From an uncultured cyanobacterium (GTDB lineage: Bacteria; Cyanobacteriota; Cyanobacteriia; Leptolyngbyales; Leptolyngbyaceae): 28,870 nucleotides of DNA. The notes beneath the pieces were generated by a model, which saw only the letters and a list, made by a program, of their open reading frames with translations, did no database searches and was not told the DNA's origin. Below, piece by piece: positions 8,030 to 17,568 of the stretch. Made by a program: the position numbers and the translations under genes. Location of the stretch: positions 1 to 28,870 of the forward strand of contig CAVYAN010000123.1 in assembly GCA_963766075.1 (NCBI GenBank). The letters run 5' to 3'. Each line of letters opens with the position of its first letter. The first letter of the stretch is position 1.

Positions 8030-10620
8030 ACGCGAAAACGCACAAATCCAACGTTTGCGCCGGGAGCGCTGGGCACATTGCCAAGGTCAAAGATCACAGA
8101 ACCATTGACGTTGGCAGCATTTGCACAGGCGTTGCCCGTGGGTAAGGGGGCAAGGGGGGGATAGACTAACCCGCCGGGAACCGGGGTGCCATTGGCCTGC
8201 TGGATTTGGAGACTGGTTGGCACTAGGGTGGTGCGTACTGGGACCGGATCACAGACGCTGGCGGCGATCGCCGGACCAACACCATCGGACAGGAAGTAGA
8301 CCGTATATTCCACTTCATCCCCGCTGGATAGGGGTTCATTGGGATTGATTTGGACTACGCCGACTGGGGGTAACTGGCCCCAGCCTGCGGCGGTGTCGTT
8401 AGTGTCAGCGGGATCATCGACAAAACTGGTGAAGGCGATGGGGCGATCGCTGCGGGTAATGGCGGTGATCCGCTTGACCAGGCGCAGGTTGGGCAGGCCC
8501 AGGGTGGCGCTGGCTTGGTCGTCTTCCTCGGGATTATTGTTGTTGGGGGTGGAGTTGGGGTCCTGTTGGTCGGATGCGGTGACCTCGGCCACGTTTGCCG
8601 TGGGGTTATTCGAGGTAAGGGTTGCGGTGATTTGTAAAGTAGCGGTGCCATTGAGTGGTACAGTCCCCACGGTCCAAACGCCGGTGGCATTGTTGTAGGT
8701 GCCCTGGCTGGGGGTGGCGGCGGTGAAGGTCAGTCCTTGGGGGGGACGTTCCGTGACGGCGACATTGGTGGCCTCACTGGGACCGCGATTCACCAGGGTA
8801 ATGGTAAAGGTTACGGTTTGGCCAATGGTGGCGGCGGGGTTATCCACGGTTTTGGTCAAGCCTAGGTCGGCCACGGCCACAATGTTAAAGGGGGTGATGA
8901 GGGACTGGCTGGGGAAGTACGTCCACAAATCGAGGGCCTTCTCGTTACCAAATCCGGTGAAGGCACGCTGGGCGGATAGGGTATCAAAGCCGCTAATCAA
9001 GTCGCTATTGGGTGTGGCGGGCGCGCCTCCCGGCAAGGGTTGCCCGACTGTACCCACAAGTGTCCCATTCGCAGTGCGGTAGCCGCGATCGTCGTAAAAG
9101 CCAATGGTGCAAGAGGTGCGCGATGGGGACGTGAGGGAGGCCGGGAAGGTGGGACAGATGCCCCCTGGTGGATTCAGCATCTGATAGGTCGGTCCCCCCA
9201 GCGTGCTGTTCTCTACATCCAAGAGGGGGAAATGGTATTCCCCACCGCGAATGGCGAGCTGGGCCTGATAGTTATTGCCAACTGGGAAAGGCGCACCGCT
9301 GTTGTCAAGCCCATTCCAGGGGACAGTGATGGTGCCACCAGCGCTACGGATGCCATCCAAAGAGCGGTTTTGGGGCAGCTCCGGATCAAAATTGACGCCA
9401 TCCCGGCTCAGAACAATGCGGTAGCTGTGGGGAATATCGGTCTGATAGGAAAAGGTGCCGCCGGTATTGACCAAGCTGTTGTTGCCGTTTAACGTGCCTT
9501 GGAAGCTGAGGCTGTTGGGGGTGATGACTGGGATGCGGGGGTCGAAGATGCCAAGGGCGGCTTTTACCTCGGGTGCGGGGGTGGGCGTGAAGAACAGGGG
9601 AAATTCGGGGCGTGCAATGACGACACCGCCTAGGGAGGTTTGGAGTTGATTTGCCCCCGGCGCGGTGCCCACTAAATCTCGAAACAGCGGGGTCACTAAA
9701 TCGTTGTCGAGTAAACCAATGCGATTGCCGAAGGCCGCAAAGCCATTCGGGTCAATGCCATTAAATCGGGTGGCGTAGAGGTAGCCATCCAGGGTCAACA
9801 CATAGAGGGAGGAGAACAGGGGGCGATTGTTCTCACCCGCGTAGAGGGAGACGTAGTAGGTGAATAACCGCCCAGGGATGTCCGTGGCGGCAGCAAGGCT
9901 CGGACGGACGGTGACATCCCAGGCGGCGATCGTCGTGTCATTGCCGCCACCGGGTTGGACAAAGGCATTAATGCTGCCATTGGGCGTGGGATCCCCGGCA
10001 TTGTTGCCCCCGGCGGGGCCAAAAATGGCCACGGTGTAAATCCCAGAAGTGGGGGCGACGTAATAGCAAGGGGAGTAGGCATTGGGCACTGTGCCGACAG
10101 CCCCGGTGGCAGCATTCGTAATCGTGTTAGGGCCCGCTAACTCTTGGGCGCGATTGGTAATTAGTCCTAAGGTTGCATTGCCCGTACTGGTTCGCTGGGC
10201 GCTACAGCTAAAGTCGGGCGCGGTAATGGGCACGCTCTCATCGCCAACGGCTCCCCCCTGGGTTGGCAAGGCAACACGACCTGGATTAAACACGAGAATG
10301 TCGGCGTTGAGCGAACCCATAGCGCTGGAGCCGAGAAAAATGGGTTCTCCGGCATTGGCATAGACCCGCAGCAGGGTGCGGCGGAGTAGTAAACTGGCGT
10401 ACCTTGTATCGGCTGGGCTGGACCCCGGTGGTTCCCCCCGCCATTCTGTAAAGGCTCGCGATCCAGTGGCTCCCACCGGATAGAGATCGCGGCTGCCTTC
10501 AGCGTGGGCGGGGGCTGCGCTTCCCAGGAAGCCCACGATCGCCCCCAGGGCCAGTCCAGCGCTCGCTGCGCCCGCAAGGGATTTGAATAAGGGATTCAGT
10601 GACGAATGCAGAGTGGTCAT
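8017..10620 (-). CDS. Secreted DUF11 (conserved repeat, Ig-like) surface protein, 867 aa
   Basis: Signal peptide ending APAHA-EGSR; FlgD-Ig-like VPWNGLDNSGAPFPVGNNY; canonical DUF11 ADLGLTKTVDNPAATIGQTVTFTITLVNRGPSEATNVAVTE...NVAEVTASDQQDPNSTPNN; second DUF11-like module ending GFVRFRVIVN. Confidence 0.88.
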   Translation of the reverse strand: MTTLHSSLNPLFKSLAGAASAGLALGAIVGFLGSAAPAHAEGSRDLYPVGATGSRAFTEWRGEPPGSSPADTRYASLLLRRTLLRVYANAGEPIFLGSSAMGSLNADILVFNPGRVALPTQGGAVGDESVPITAPDFSCSAQRTSTGNATLGLITNRAQELAGPNTITNAATGAVGTVPNAYSPCYYVAPTSGIYTVAIFGPAGGNNAGDPTPNGSINAFVQPGGGNDTTIAAWDVTVRPSLAAATDIPGRLFTYYVSLYAGENNRPLFSSLYVLTLDGYLYATRFNGIDPNGFAAFGNRIGLLDNDLVTPLFRDLVGTAPGANQLQTSLGGVVIARPEFPLFFTPTPAPEVKAALGIFDPRIPVITPNSLSFQGTLNGNNSLVNTGGTFSYQTDIPHSYRIVLSRDGVNFDPELPQNRSLDGIRSAGGTITVPWNGLDNSGAPFPVGNNYQAQLAIRGGEYHFPLLDVENSTLGGPTYQMLNPPGGICPTFPASLTSPSRTSCTIGFYDDRGYRTANGTLVGTVGQPLPGGAPATPNSDLISGFDTLSAQRAFTGFGNEKALDLWTYFPSQSLITPFNIVAVADLGLTKTVDNPAATIGQTVTFTITLVNRGPSEATNVAVTERPPQGLTFTAATPSQGTYNNATGVWTVGTVPLNGTATLQITATLTSNNPTANVAEVTASDQQDPNSTPNNNNPEEDDQASATLGLPNLRLVKRITAITRSDRPIAFTSFVDDPADTNDTAAGWGQLPPVGVVQINPNEPLSSGDEVEYTVYFLSDGVGPAIAASVCDPVPVRTTLVPTSLQIQQANGTPVPGGLVYPPLAPLPTGNACANAANVNGSVIFDLGNVPSAPGANVGFVRFRVIVN

Positions 10621-10631
10621 GGGAAAGGGTG

Positions 10632-12887
10632 CTAGGGACGGAAGCGGGTAGGGGGTTCAATTTGGAGGTCGTCTTCTTGGACAGTCACTTCGATGCCGCG
10701 AATGTCCTGATAAATGAATTCGGCGCGGCGATCGCGGGCAAAGTCCAAGCGGGTATTGCCCTGGGTGGCGCGCGCCCGTTCACCTTGGCTGCGGATGGTC
10801 AGGCGCTCGGGGGCAATACCTTTCCGCAGCAGGTAATTGCGGGCATTGCGGGCACGGCGGAGGCCCAACTCCAAGTTGTAGGCATCGCTGGCGCGGGGAT
10901 CGGTATGGCCGACCACATCCGCAATGATGCCGGGATTGGCCTTCAGGACGGCGGCAATCCGATCGAGAATGCGGGCACTGTCCGGACTGATGACGTCCTG
11001 GTCCAGGCCAAAGTGAATATTTTTAGGCACGGTTAATCGGATTGGGGCCGGAGGTACCGGGGCCGGAGGTACCGGGGTTTCTGCATAGGGTGTGGTGCAG
11101 TGGGGAATGGAGGTGGGCGGGGGCGGGGCAGTATTCGGGGCCACAACGACGGCATTGCGGGCGGGTTCGGAGGTGCCGTAGGCCGCATGGGTGGCGATCG
11201 CGCTAATTTCCTCGCCCGCTTTTAACCCGGCTACGGGTACGCTGAAGCTACCCGTGGCATCGGTTTCCACCGTGGCCACGGGTTCACCCAGGGGACCAAA
11301 GCCATCGGCATAGCGGGCCGAGCGGTAAATTTCAATTTGGGATCCCGGATCCGCTGTGCCGGATACCTGGACGAGGTCGTTGGTTTGCGGCAATTGGCGC
11401 TGGCTAAACTGGGGCGCATTAATCGCTCCATTGCCGGTATCTTTACGGCGTTGGCGACTGGCTCGCTTCGGGTTAGGCCCATCACCGCGCTGGTAATCGT
11501 AGACGCCCGCGTTATCCTCAGTGACTAAGTCAATGCTGAGTCCTTCCAGATCAGAGAAGCGATTGGTCTGGATTTGGTTTTGCAGACTGGTGGGATAGGC
11601 CGCCACCACGACGCCGGATCCGGTTTGGTAGCGGATTTGATTGTTTTTGACGACGTGATGACTGCCCATCAGGTAGACGGCGGCACGGCGGAAACGGCGA
11701 CCGTTAAAGATAATCTGATTGTCATCGATTTGGGCGGAGCCTTCGGGCTTAAACAGGTACACGCCGCTGCCATCGTTGCCACAGATCAGGTTGCTTGTGA
11801 TTTGGGTTTGGTTGATGGTGCCTTCTAGGCGAATGCCATCGGGCATGCCTGCGAGGCCGTTGCCAAGGATCACGTTGTTGACTACGGTTAGGTTGGTGGC
11901 GTTGACGCCGGTGATGATGCCGCTACCGTCGTGGTTCGCGATCCAGTTGCGGCGGATGGTGACGCGGGTGCCGTTGAATACAGAAACGCCAAAGGCGGAG
12001 CGGTCGCCCTCTGGAATGACCGGTTGTAGGGCAGTTGCTGGCGGCACAGCGATCGGATCACGGGTGACTTGGGCTTGGGCTGCTGGACTGGGAGCCACGC
12101 CCAGCCAGTTCTCTTCAATCACCACATTTTGCGGGGGCACATCATCGCTGTAGAAGGGCGAGAAGTTGGCGGGGGTGGGATGTTTGCGAATATCCGGCGG
12201 CGGTAAGCGATGGCTGATGAAAATGTCGGCGGGCGGAGTGCTGGCGGTGCTGGTGTGGTGGTTGGTAAAGCCGTAGAGGCTGAGGCCGCGAATCGTCACA
12301 TTGTCGGCAGTCACCACGAGGCCACGAAAAATTTCCTGGCCGGGAGCGGGGGTAATGGCCACGATGGGCGAGTAGAGGGAAATTTCGTTAATGATGGGTT
12401 TTCCCGTGGTGTAGCCCGGCTGGGTGGTGCCATCCACGGTCAGGTTGGGCTGTTCCAGGGGGGGCAGTAACTCCACCAAGCGAATGGTGGTTTGGCCCAC
12501 GGGCAGGTTAAAGCCAATGCGACTGCCGCCCGTTGTCGGGGTGACTTGGGCCTGTTCAGCGGGGCTGAGTTGGTCACGGGTGAGGGTGCCGTTGACCAGC
12601 AGTAACGCCTCCCGGAGGGTGAGGCGGTCATCGGGTTGCGCCGGACCGTCTTGGGCGCTGGTGACGGTGACATTGAAAGTCGGTGTCAGGGGCGCAGGCG
12701 CGGCGATCGCTGCCGAAGCAAAGGGAAGCGTGAACAGCGGCGACAGGCAGGCGATCGCCTGCCACGGTAAGGCTGCCCGCTGTCCGCTAGAAATTGGACG
12801 ATGGGGGATTCGGTTCATAGCATCCTGACTGGCAAACACACCACACGGAAACAGGCTTAACGGACGGGTTGGGGTAGCGCTTTTCAT
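10632..12887 (-). CDS. OmpA-family protein with CSLREA-like N-terminus, right-handed beta-helix, Ig-like domain and C-terminal peptidoglycan-binding OmpA domain
   Basis: VTVTSAQD...LTLREALLLVN; beta-helix repeats (IRRNWIANHDGSGI, ITSNLICGNDGSGV); Pro-rich linker; NIHFGLDQDVI...VVGHTDPRASDAYNLELGLRRARNARNYL...SQGE...DRRAEF. Its ATG overlaps the upstream TGA (ATGA at 12884-12887). Confidence 0.9.
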   Translation of the reverse strand: MKSATPTRPLSLFPCGVFASQDAMNRIPHRPISSGQRAALPWQAIACLSPLFTLPFASAAIAAPAPLTPTFNVTVTSAQDGPAQPDDRLTLREALLLVNGTLTRDQLSPAEQAQVTPTTGGSRIGFNLPVGQTTIRLVELLPPLEQPNLTVDGTTQPGYTTGKPIINEISLYSPIVAITPAPGQEIFRGLVVTADNVTIRGLSLYGFTNHHTSTASTPPADIFISHRLPPPDIRKHPTPANFSPFYSDDVPPQNVVIEENWLGVAPSPAAQAQVTRDPIAVPPATALQPVIPEGDRSAFGVSVFNGTRVTIRRNWIANHDGSGIITGVNATNLTVVNNVILGNGLAGMPDGIRLEGTINQTQITSNLICGNDGSGVYLFKPEGSAQIDDNQIIFNGRRFRRAAVYLMGSHHVVKNNQIRYQTGSGVVVAAYPTSLQNQIQTNRFSDLEGLSIDLVTEDNAGVYDYQRGDGPNPKRASRQRRKDTGNGAINAPQFSQRQLPQTNDLVQVSGTADPGSQIEIYRSARYADGFGPLGEPVATVETDATGSFSVPVAGLKAGEEISAIATHAAYGTSEPARNAVVVAPNTAPPPPTSIPHCTTPYAETPVPPAPVPPAPIRLTVPKNIHFGLDQDVISPDSARILDRIAAVLKANPGIIADVVGHTDPRASDAYNLELGLRRARNARNYLLRKGIAPERLTIRSQGERARATQGNTRLDFARDRRAEFIYQDIRGIEVTVQEDDLQIEPPTRFRP

Positions 12888-15800
12888 GGCTGCGCTCCTC
12901 CAGATACTGGCGTGGCGTCGCTATTCGCAGGGAGTAGGGGAACTGTGCTAGCGGTGATCGGTGGCGCAGGGCCTTGGGAAGATGGGCCAGGGGCTGGCTG
13001 GCTGGCGACGGGAAGGACTCGGGATTCTTGCTGTTGCGGGGGGACGACTTTTTGCAGGCCGAAACCGTCGAACAACTCATTCAGCTTCAATTGGACGCCC
13101 AGGAAAAAGCCACCGCGATTGCGGTTCAGGTCGCGATCGTTGGCCTTGCCAAAGCTGTAGCCTGCACCAACTCGCAGATTGGGGGTGAGGTAATAGCCCA
13201 CCTCCAATGCTGCCCCAATTTCATCAAAGCCCGTGGCGGTTTGCCCAATCCAGCGGAAATCGCTCGTGATATCCCAGCGGTATCCCAGGCGATAGGTGGC
13301 CCGCAGTTGCCCCAGGGAAATACTGTTCGTGCCAATCAAATCCTGGGCCAGATAGGATTTGGTGCTGCGCAGGGCATATTTGCCATAGAATTCCCAGCGC
13401 CAGTTGGGAGCATAAATTGTTTCCAGGGCAAATAGGTGCACTTCAGACCCGGTACCGCTGCCAAATAGCAGGCTGATCGGGGTGGTGCTGGGATTTTGGC
13501 GAAATTCGTAGCGCAGCAGGGCGTTGAATTTATCATCGGCGGGGTTGCGGTAGGCCAATCCCAGCTTGAGGTTAATCGTGTCGCTGAGGCCGTCGATGGT
13601 TTGATTGGCGAAGTTGGATTGCTGATAGCGCAGCAGGGCCGTCAGCGCGGGCGAAATTTTGCCGGCGGCGGCGGCAGAGAACAGGGTGTTGTCCGCTGTA
13701 CTGGAAACGCGCTGCTCAAAGCGGGCGCTGGCTTTGAAATTGGGATTGTCGGTGTATTCCACGCCAACGCTGAAGCTGTCTCCGGAGGAGACGCCTAGCG
13801 AGGAGGCCGATTGACCTACGGCATAGGGCTGGGCAAACTGCTGTCCGGCACTGGTGTAGGCAAAAATGTCACCAAAGATCCGCTCGTAGCCCAGGTTGAC
13901 TCGTAGGCCGGGAGACAGGGTAATCCGGTGGTTTAAGCCGACGGCTCCTTGACTGGTCAGGCCATTGACGCCGTTCAAGATCGAGTAGCGTCCGGTAAGG
14001 GCGGTGTCTTCAGTCAGCTTGTGATCGATTAAGGTATCGAGGCTGGTGATGGAGTTGCTCTTGTACTGGCTGTTGGCCAAGAACTGCTGGGCCAGCCTGA
14101 CGGTAATACCCGGGAGAGCGGCCCAATCCAGGGCGAGGGTGGTGCGATCGGGATAAACCGCGTCGCTGTTGCCCAGATTGATTTCGTTTTGGGCGCGGAA
14201 GGTGAGGGCGGGGGTGACGGGCAGATCAAGGCGAGAGACGATTTGATCGCTGTCCTGGGCAAGGCGGTTGGGGCTGAGCCGATCTTCGCGACTGCGGTTG
14301 ACCCAATCGAGTCTGAGGTTAGCGGCCCCGAGTTTTTGGGAGACGCCCGCGCGGAAGGTGGTGAGGCTGTTATCAACTTGAAAGCCAGGAACGGCCTCGG
14401 TGCCGGGGTTGAACAGATCGGGAAAGCCAAAGCGTTCAAAGGCGGCGGTGCCAAAATTGACTTCGTGGTCGTATTGCAGTTGCAGGCTGGTGGTAGGAGT
14501 GAGACGGGCCGCGATCTCGGCCCCGTAACGCGTCTGCCCTGGAGTAAAGCTAAAGGTAGCGGTGTTGGCAAAGCGCTCCTCAACGGAGCGGTAATAGAGG
14601 CGGGTGAAGGTGTTGGGCAGGAGGGAGCCGTTGGCTTCGATGCGGTAGGCGTTGCCGGTGACGGCGTCGCCAAAGGCCACGGAGTCATTTTGCGATCGCG
14701 CCCATTCGGCGATTACCCGACCGTCTTTGCCGAGGGGGACAATCGCATCGACACCATAGAGTTCAAAGTTGCGCGCGCCCTGGTCTTCGTTGAGATAGCT
14801 GGCTCCAACCCAACTTTCCGCCCCCAGCTCCCGCGACAGATTGTACTGGAGCCGACCGGCGTAGAGCTTGGTGTCGCCGGTGCCGTCGCCCTCGAACTGA
14901 TAGGTGACGACAAGGCGGCGGACGACGGAGCGGCCAAATAAGTCGAACTCCGTCTGCTGGATGGGACGGCGGAACAGGAGCGAACCGCGATCGTAGTCAA
15001 TTTCATAGTCACTACCTCGGGTGAGGGCTTTGCGCTCCAGCACCGTGCCGGGACGGCTGAGTTCTTCCGATTCGAGGAAGACGTTTTCACTGCCACCGAC
15101 CACTAGCCGCCGCGATAGGAAGTAGGTGCCGCTGGTGCCGTTTGGAGCGATCGTGTCGCGCTGGAACCCTTGCAGGTTATTGCCATAGATCGCGGAGAAT
15201 TGCAGGTTGCCAACGTTGTAGTTGGCCTTGAAGCCGTGCAATTGGCGATTGGTGGCCGTGTAGAACTGGGAAGCCGTGGCCAGTTCCGGGGTGCTGTAGT
15301 CGCCCCACATGAAAAAGTCGGTGCCTGCTCCCGGTGTTGGCGAGGGGCGCTCGAGTTTGAAGTAGACGCTATCGATAGAGGGGGTCAGGAAGGCGGAGGT
15401 GGAACTGTCGCCATAGACCGGATAGGCTTGATCGCAAAATTGTGTATCGCGGAATAAGCGAGAGCTGCCATCACAGGTTTCGTTCAGCCCCCGCGTATTG
15501 TTCAGGGCACCCGTCACCAACCAATTGCCCAATCGCCCGGTGGCAAACACGGCTGTTTTGACGTCGAGGCGAGTGCCCGTCTGATCGGGATCGAGAAAGT
15601 CACGGAAGCTGCCATAGTAGTCGGTCCCGGCTGCACCGAGGCGAAAACTAACCACACCCGAAACAATGGGCGATCGCAAATCGGTGATGAACTCTACTTG
15701 GGTATAGGCATCGAGGTACAGCGGCGTTCCGGCGGGCACAGGGGCCGGGGGCGACACAACATCATTCTGGGTGGTGGAAATTCCCGTGTTATTGACCGAC

Positions 15801-16356
15801 ACGGCGGGCAACTGGGGCGCAGATTGGAAACCCTGAGTGCCTGGTCCGGCCATTTGCAGACCCGCAGGACTGGTGGTATCGATTGCCGCACGCACCTTGA
15901 CCTTTTGGGCTTGCAGGGTGGTTTGCAAGCGCACGGTGAATTTGCCATCGCGGGCCAAGACTTGGAAGCCGGGGCGATCGCGGTCCTGATCCGCTCCTAC
16001 AAATGTGCCAGCACTTGCGCTCAGGGTGACAATGGTGTCTCCCTGAGCAAACTCGCCCGTTGCATCCAGAATTTGCCCATCGAGGGCAATGGCCGATCGC
16101 CCATCGGCGGGAGCTTGGGGACTGCCCGAGGGCAGCAGAATCAGCCGCACAGGAACGCCGATTTGGGGGGCTCGGCAATCGTAGCTTGGGTCAGAAAGGT
16201 ATCCGAGAGCGCAGTACCCGCATTAGGAGCGGACTGCGCCCCAGCGACAGGCGCAAGCAGCAGCGTCCCCGCCAGAAGCGGCATCAGGGCACGCGAAACC
16301 CGTGCGCCCGAAATCATGCCCGAAACCATGACAGAATGCGTCAAATGCTGAGTCAT
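12884..16356 (-). CDS. Large outer-membrane beta-barrel protein (~1,157 aa after correcting one frameshift in the C6 run at 16165-16170)
   Basis: ORF 16141..16356 supplies a signal peptide (LLAGTLLLAPVAGA-Q) and is TAATG-coupled to the upstream gene. Adding one C gives EPPQIGVPVRLILL, in frame with ORF 12884..16150. The protein has an Ig-like PADGRS domain, several hundred residues of alternating amphipathic strands ending GGFFLGVQLKLNELF, and a Pro-rich tail. Confidence 0.82.
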
Positions 16357-17346
16357 TACCGCTGCTCCTCCTTGAAGCTGGGAGTTACGGCAAAATTCAT
16401 GCGGGCCATGCCGCCCGGAGCCACACGCGCCAGCCGTGAGGAGCTATTGGCTTCAATGCGATAGCGGTTGGGGGCTAGGGTATATCCCGGCAAGCTGGTG
16501 AGGTCCAGGGTGCCCGTATGGTAGCCCGCGAGAACAAAGGCCAGGGAATACAGACCGTTGGCATCAGTGGTCACCCGATTACCGTCTTCCATAAAAATGA
16601 CCGCATTGGGCACGCCCGGTTCGCCCGGTTGCTGCTCGCCGTCAAAGTTCTTATCGACAAACACGCGGCCTACAATGGTGCCGCAGTCGGAAAGAATGCC
16701 GGGACGGATGCGCAGCAGGTGGCTAGCTTGGTTACTGGCAATGGTGCGGCCTCCGGCTGAGCCTTGGGCGATCGCCAAGTTGCGTCCGTTACCCCGCACC
16801 GCGTCGGGGGTCACCAGCGCGGCATAGACCAAGGCCAAGGTTTGGCGCGGCTCCAAGCTAGGATAGCGAAAGGTAATAGTGCGGCCCTGGACCGTGGGCG
16901 GTGTAGGCAGCGTTCCAGCGGTCCGATTGCCCACGGCAGCTTTAACGGACTGCTGAATCAGTTGCATCCCCAAGGGCAACGTGTCAGTAACGGCTAGGTT
17001 ATTCAGGGTTGCCGTGCCAGTATTCGTGACTAGCAAACGATAGACAACCGTGTCTCCAGGTTCCGCAGCGGCGCGATCGCCGACCTTGACGATCTCTAAA
17101 CTCACCGGAACGGATTGGGCTGGAAACTGTACGGGATTGGAGCGGGTATTCCGGGTATGTCCCGGCAGCCGATTCTCGATAGTTCCCAGTCGCCACGTTG
17201 GGGATGGTGAAAACCTCTTGAGCATTGGCGTTGACGGCAACACCTGCAGTAGCACAGGTTCCCAGCAAACTCAGTGCTAATAAACTTTTTTGGCAGTTAA
17301 ACCCGAGGCAATGCGATAAAGCACGCCGTTGATTAAAGCGGTTCAT
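16356..17346 (-). CDS. Exported DUF11 plus SdrD-B-like domain protein (~329 aa after correcting one frameshift around 17110-17160)
   Basis: ORF 16999..17346 gives the signal peptide (LLALSLLGTCATAGVAVNANA-QE). ORF 16356..17255 gives DUF11 (LEIVKVGDRAAAEPGDTVVYRLLVTNTG...VTDTLPLG) and an SdrD-B-like domain (GTIVGRVFVDKNFDGEQQPGEPGVPNAVIFMEDGNRVTTDANGLYS). The exact shift position is uncertain. Confidence 0.82.
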
Positions 17347-17510
17347 TTAAAATGCAGTCCACACACCCTTCAAAATTGGCTCAAGTAGATGCACAACCCC
17401 GGCTTAGCAACTCAAGTTCTAATAACTTAAGCGCACTCAAAACTCAAGCACCCGAAACTGAAAATGACCCAGAAAAACTAACAACTTAATACCATGTCCG
17501 GCGGTAGAAG

Positions 17511-17568
17511 CTGTGTTTGTTAACAACTTTATTAACAACACAGTTGCTTATTAACTATTTGTTAACAG
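17511..17568. promoter_or_regulatory. Candidate operator upstream of the DUF11/barrel operon: four TTAAC motifs with inverted symmetry
   Basis: Perfect palindrome TTGTTAACAA 17517-17526; imperfect inverted repeat CTGTGTT(T)GTTAA...TTAACAACACAG 17511-17543; TTAAC at 17520, 17532, 17551 and 17562. Confidence 0.4.

Noticed and set aside
12884..16356. Calling the large barrel a TonB-dependent receptor
   Set aside because: I see no TonB box or plug motifs and no C-terminal Phe, and the context is DUF11/OmpA rather than uptake genes.
8121..16997. Numerous plus-strand and alternate-frame ORFs over the envelope operon (e.g. 14189..14941, 15698..16351, 9040..9492)
   Set aside because: These are shadow ORFs of GC-rich coding sequence; they overlap well-supported genes and have no recognisable motifs.
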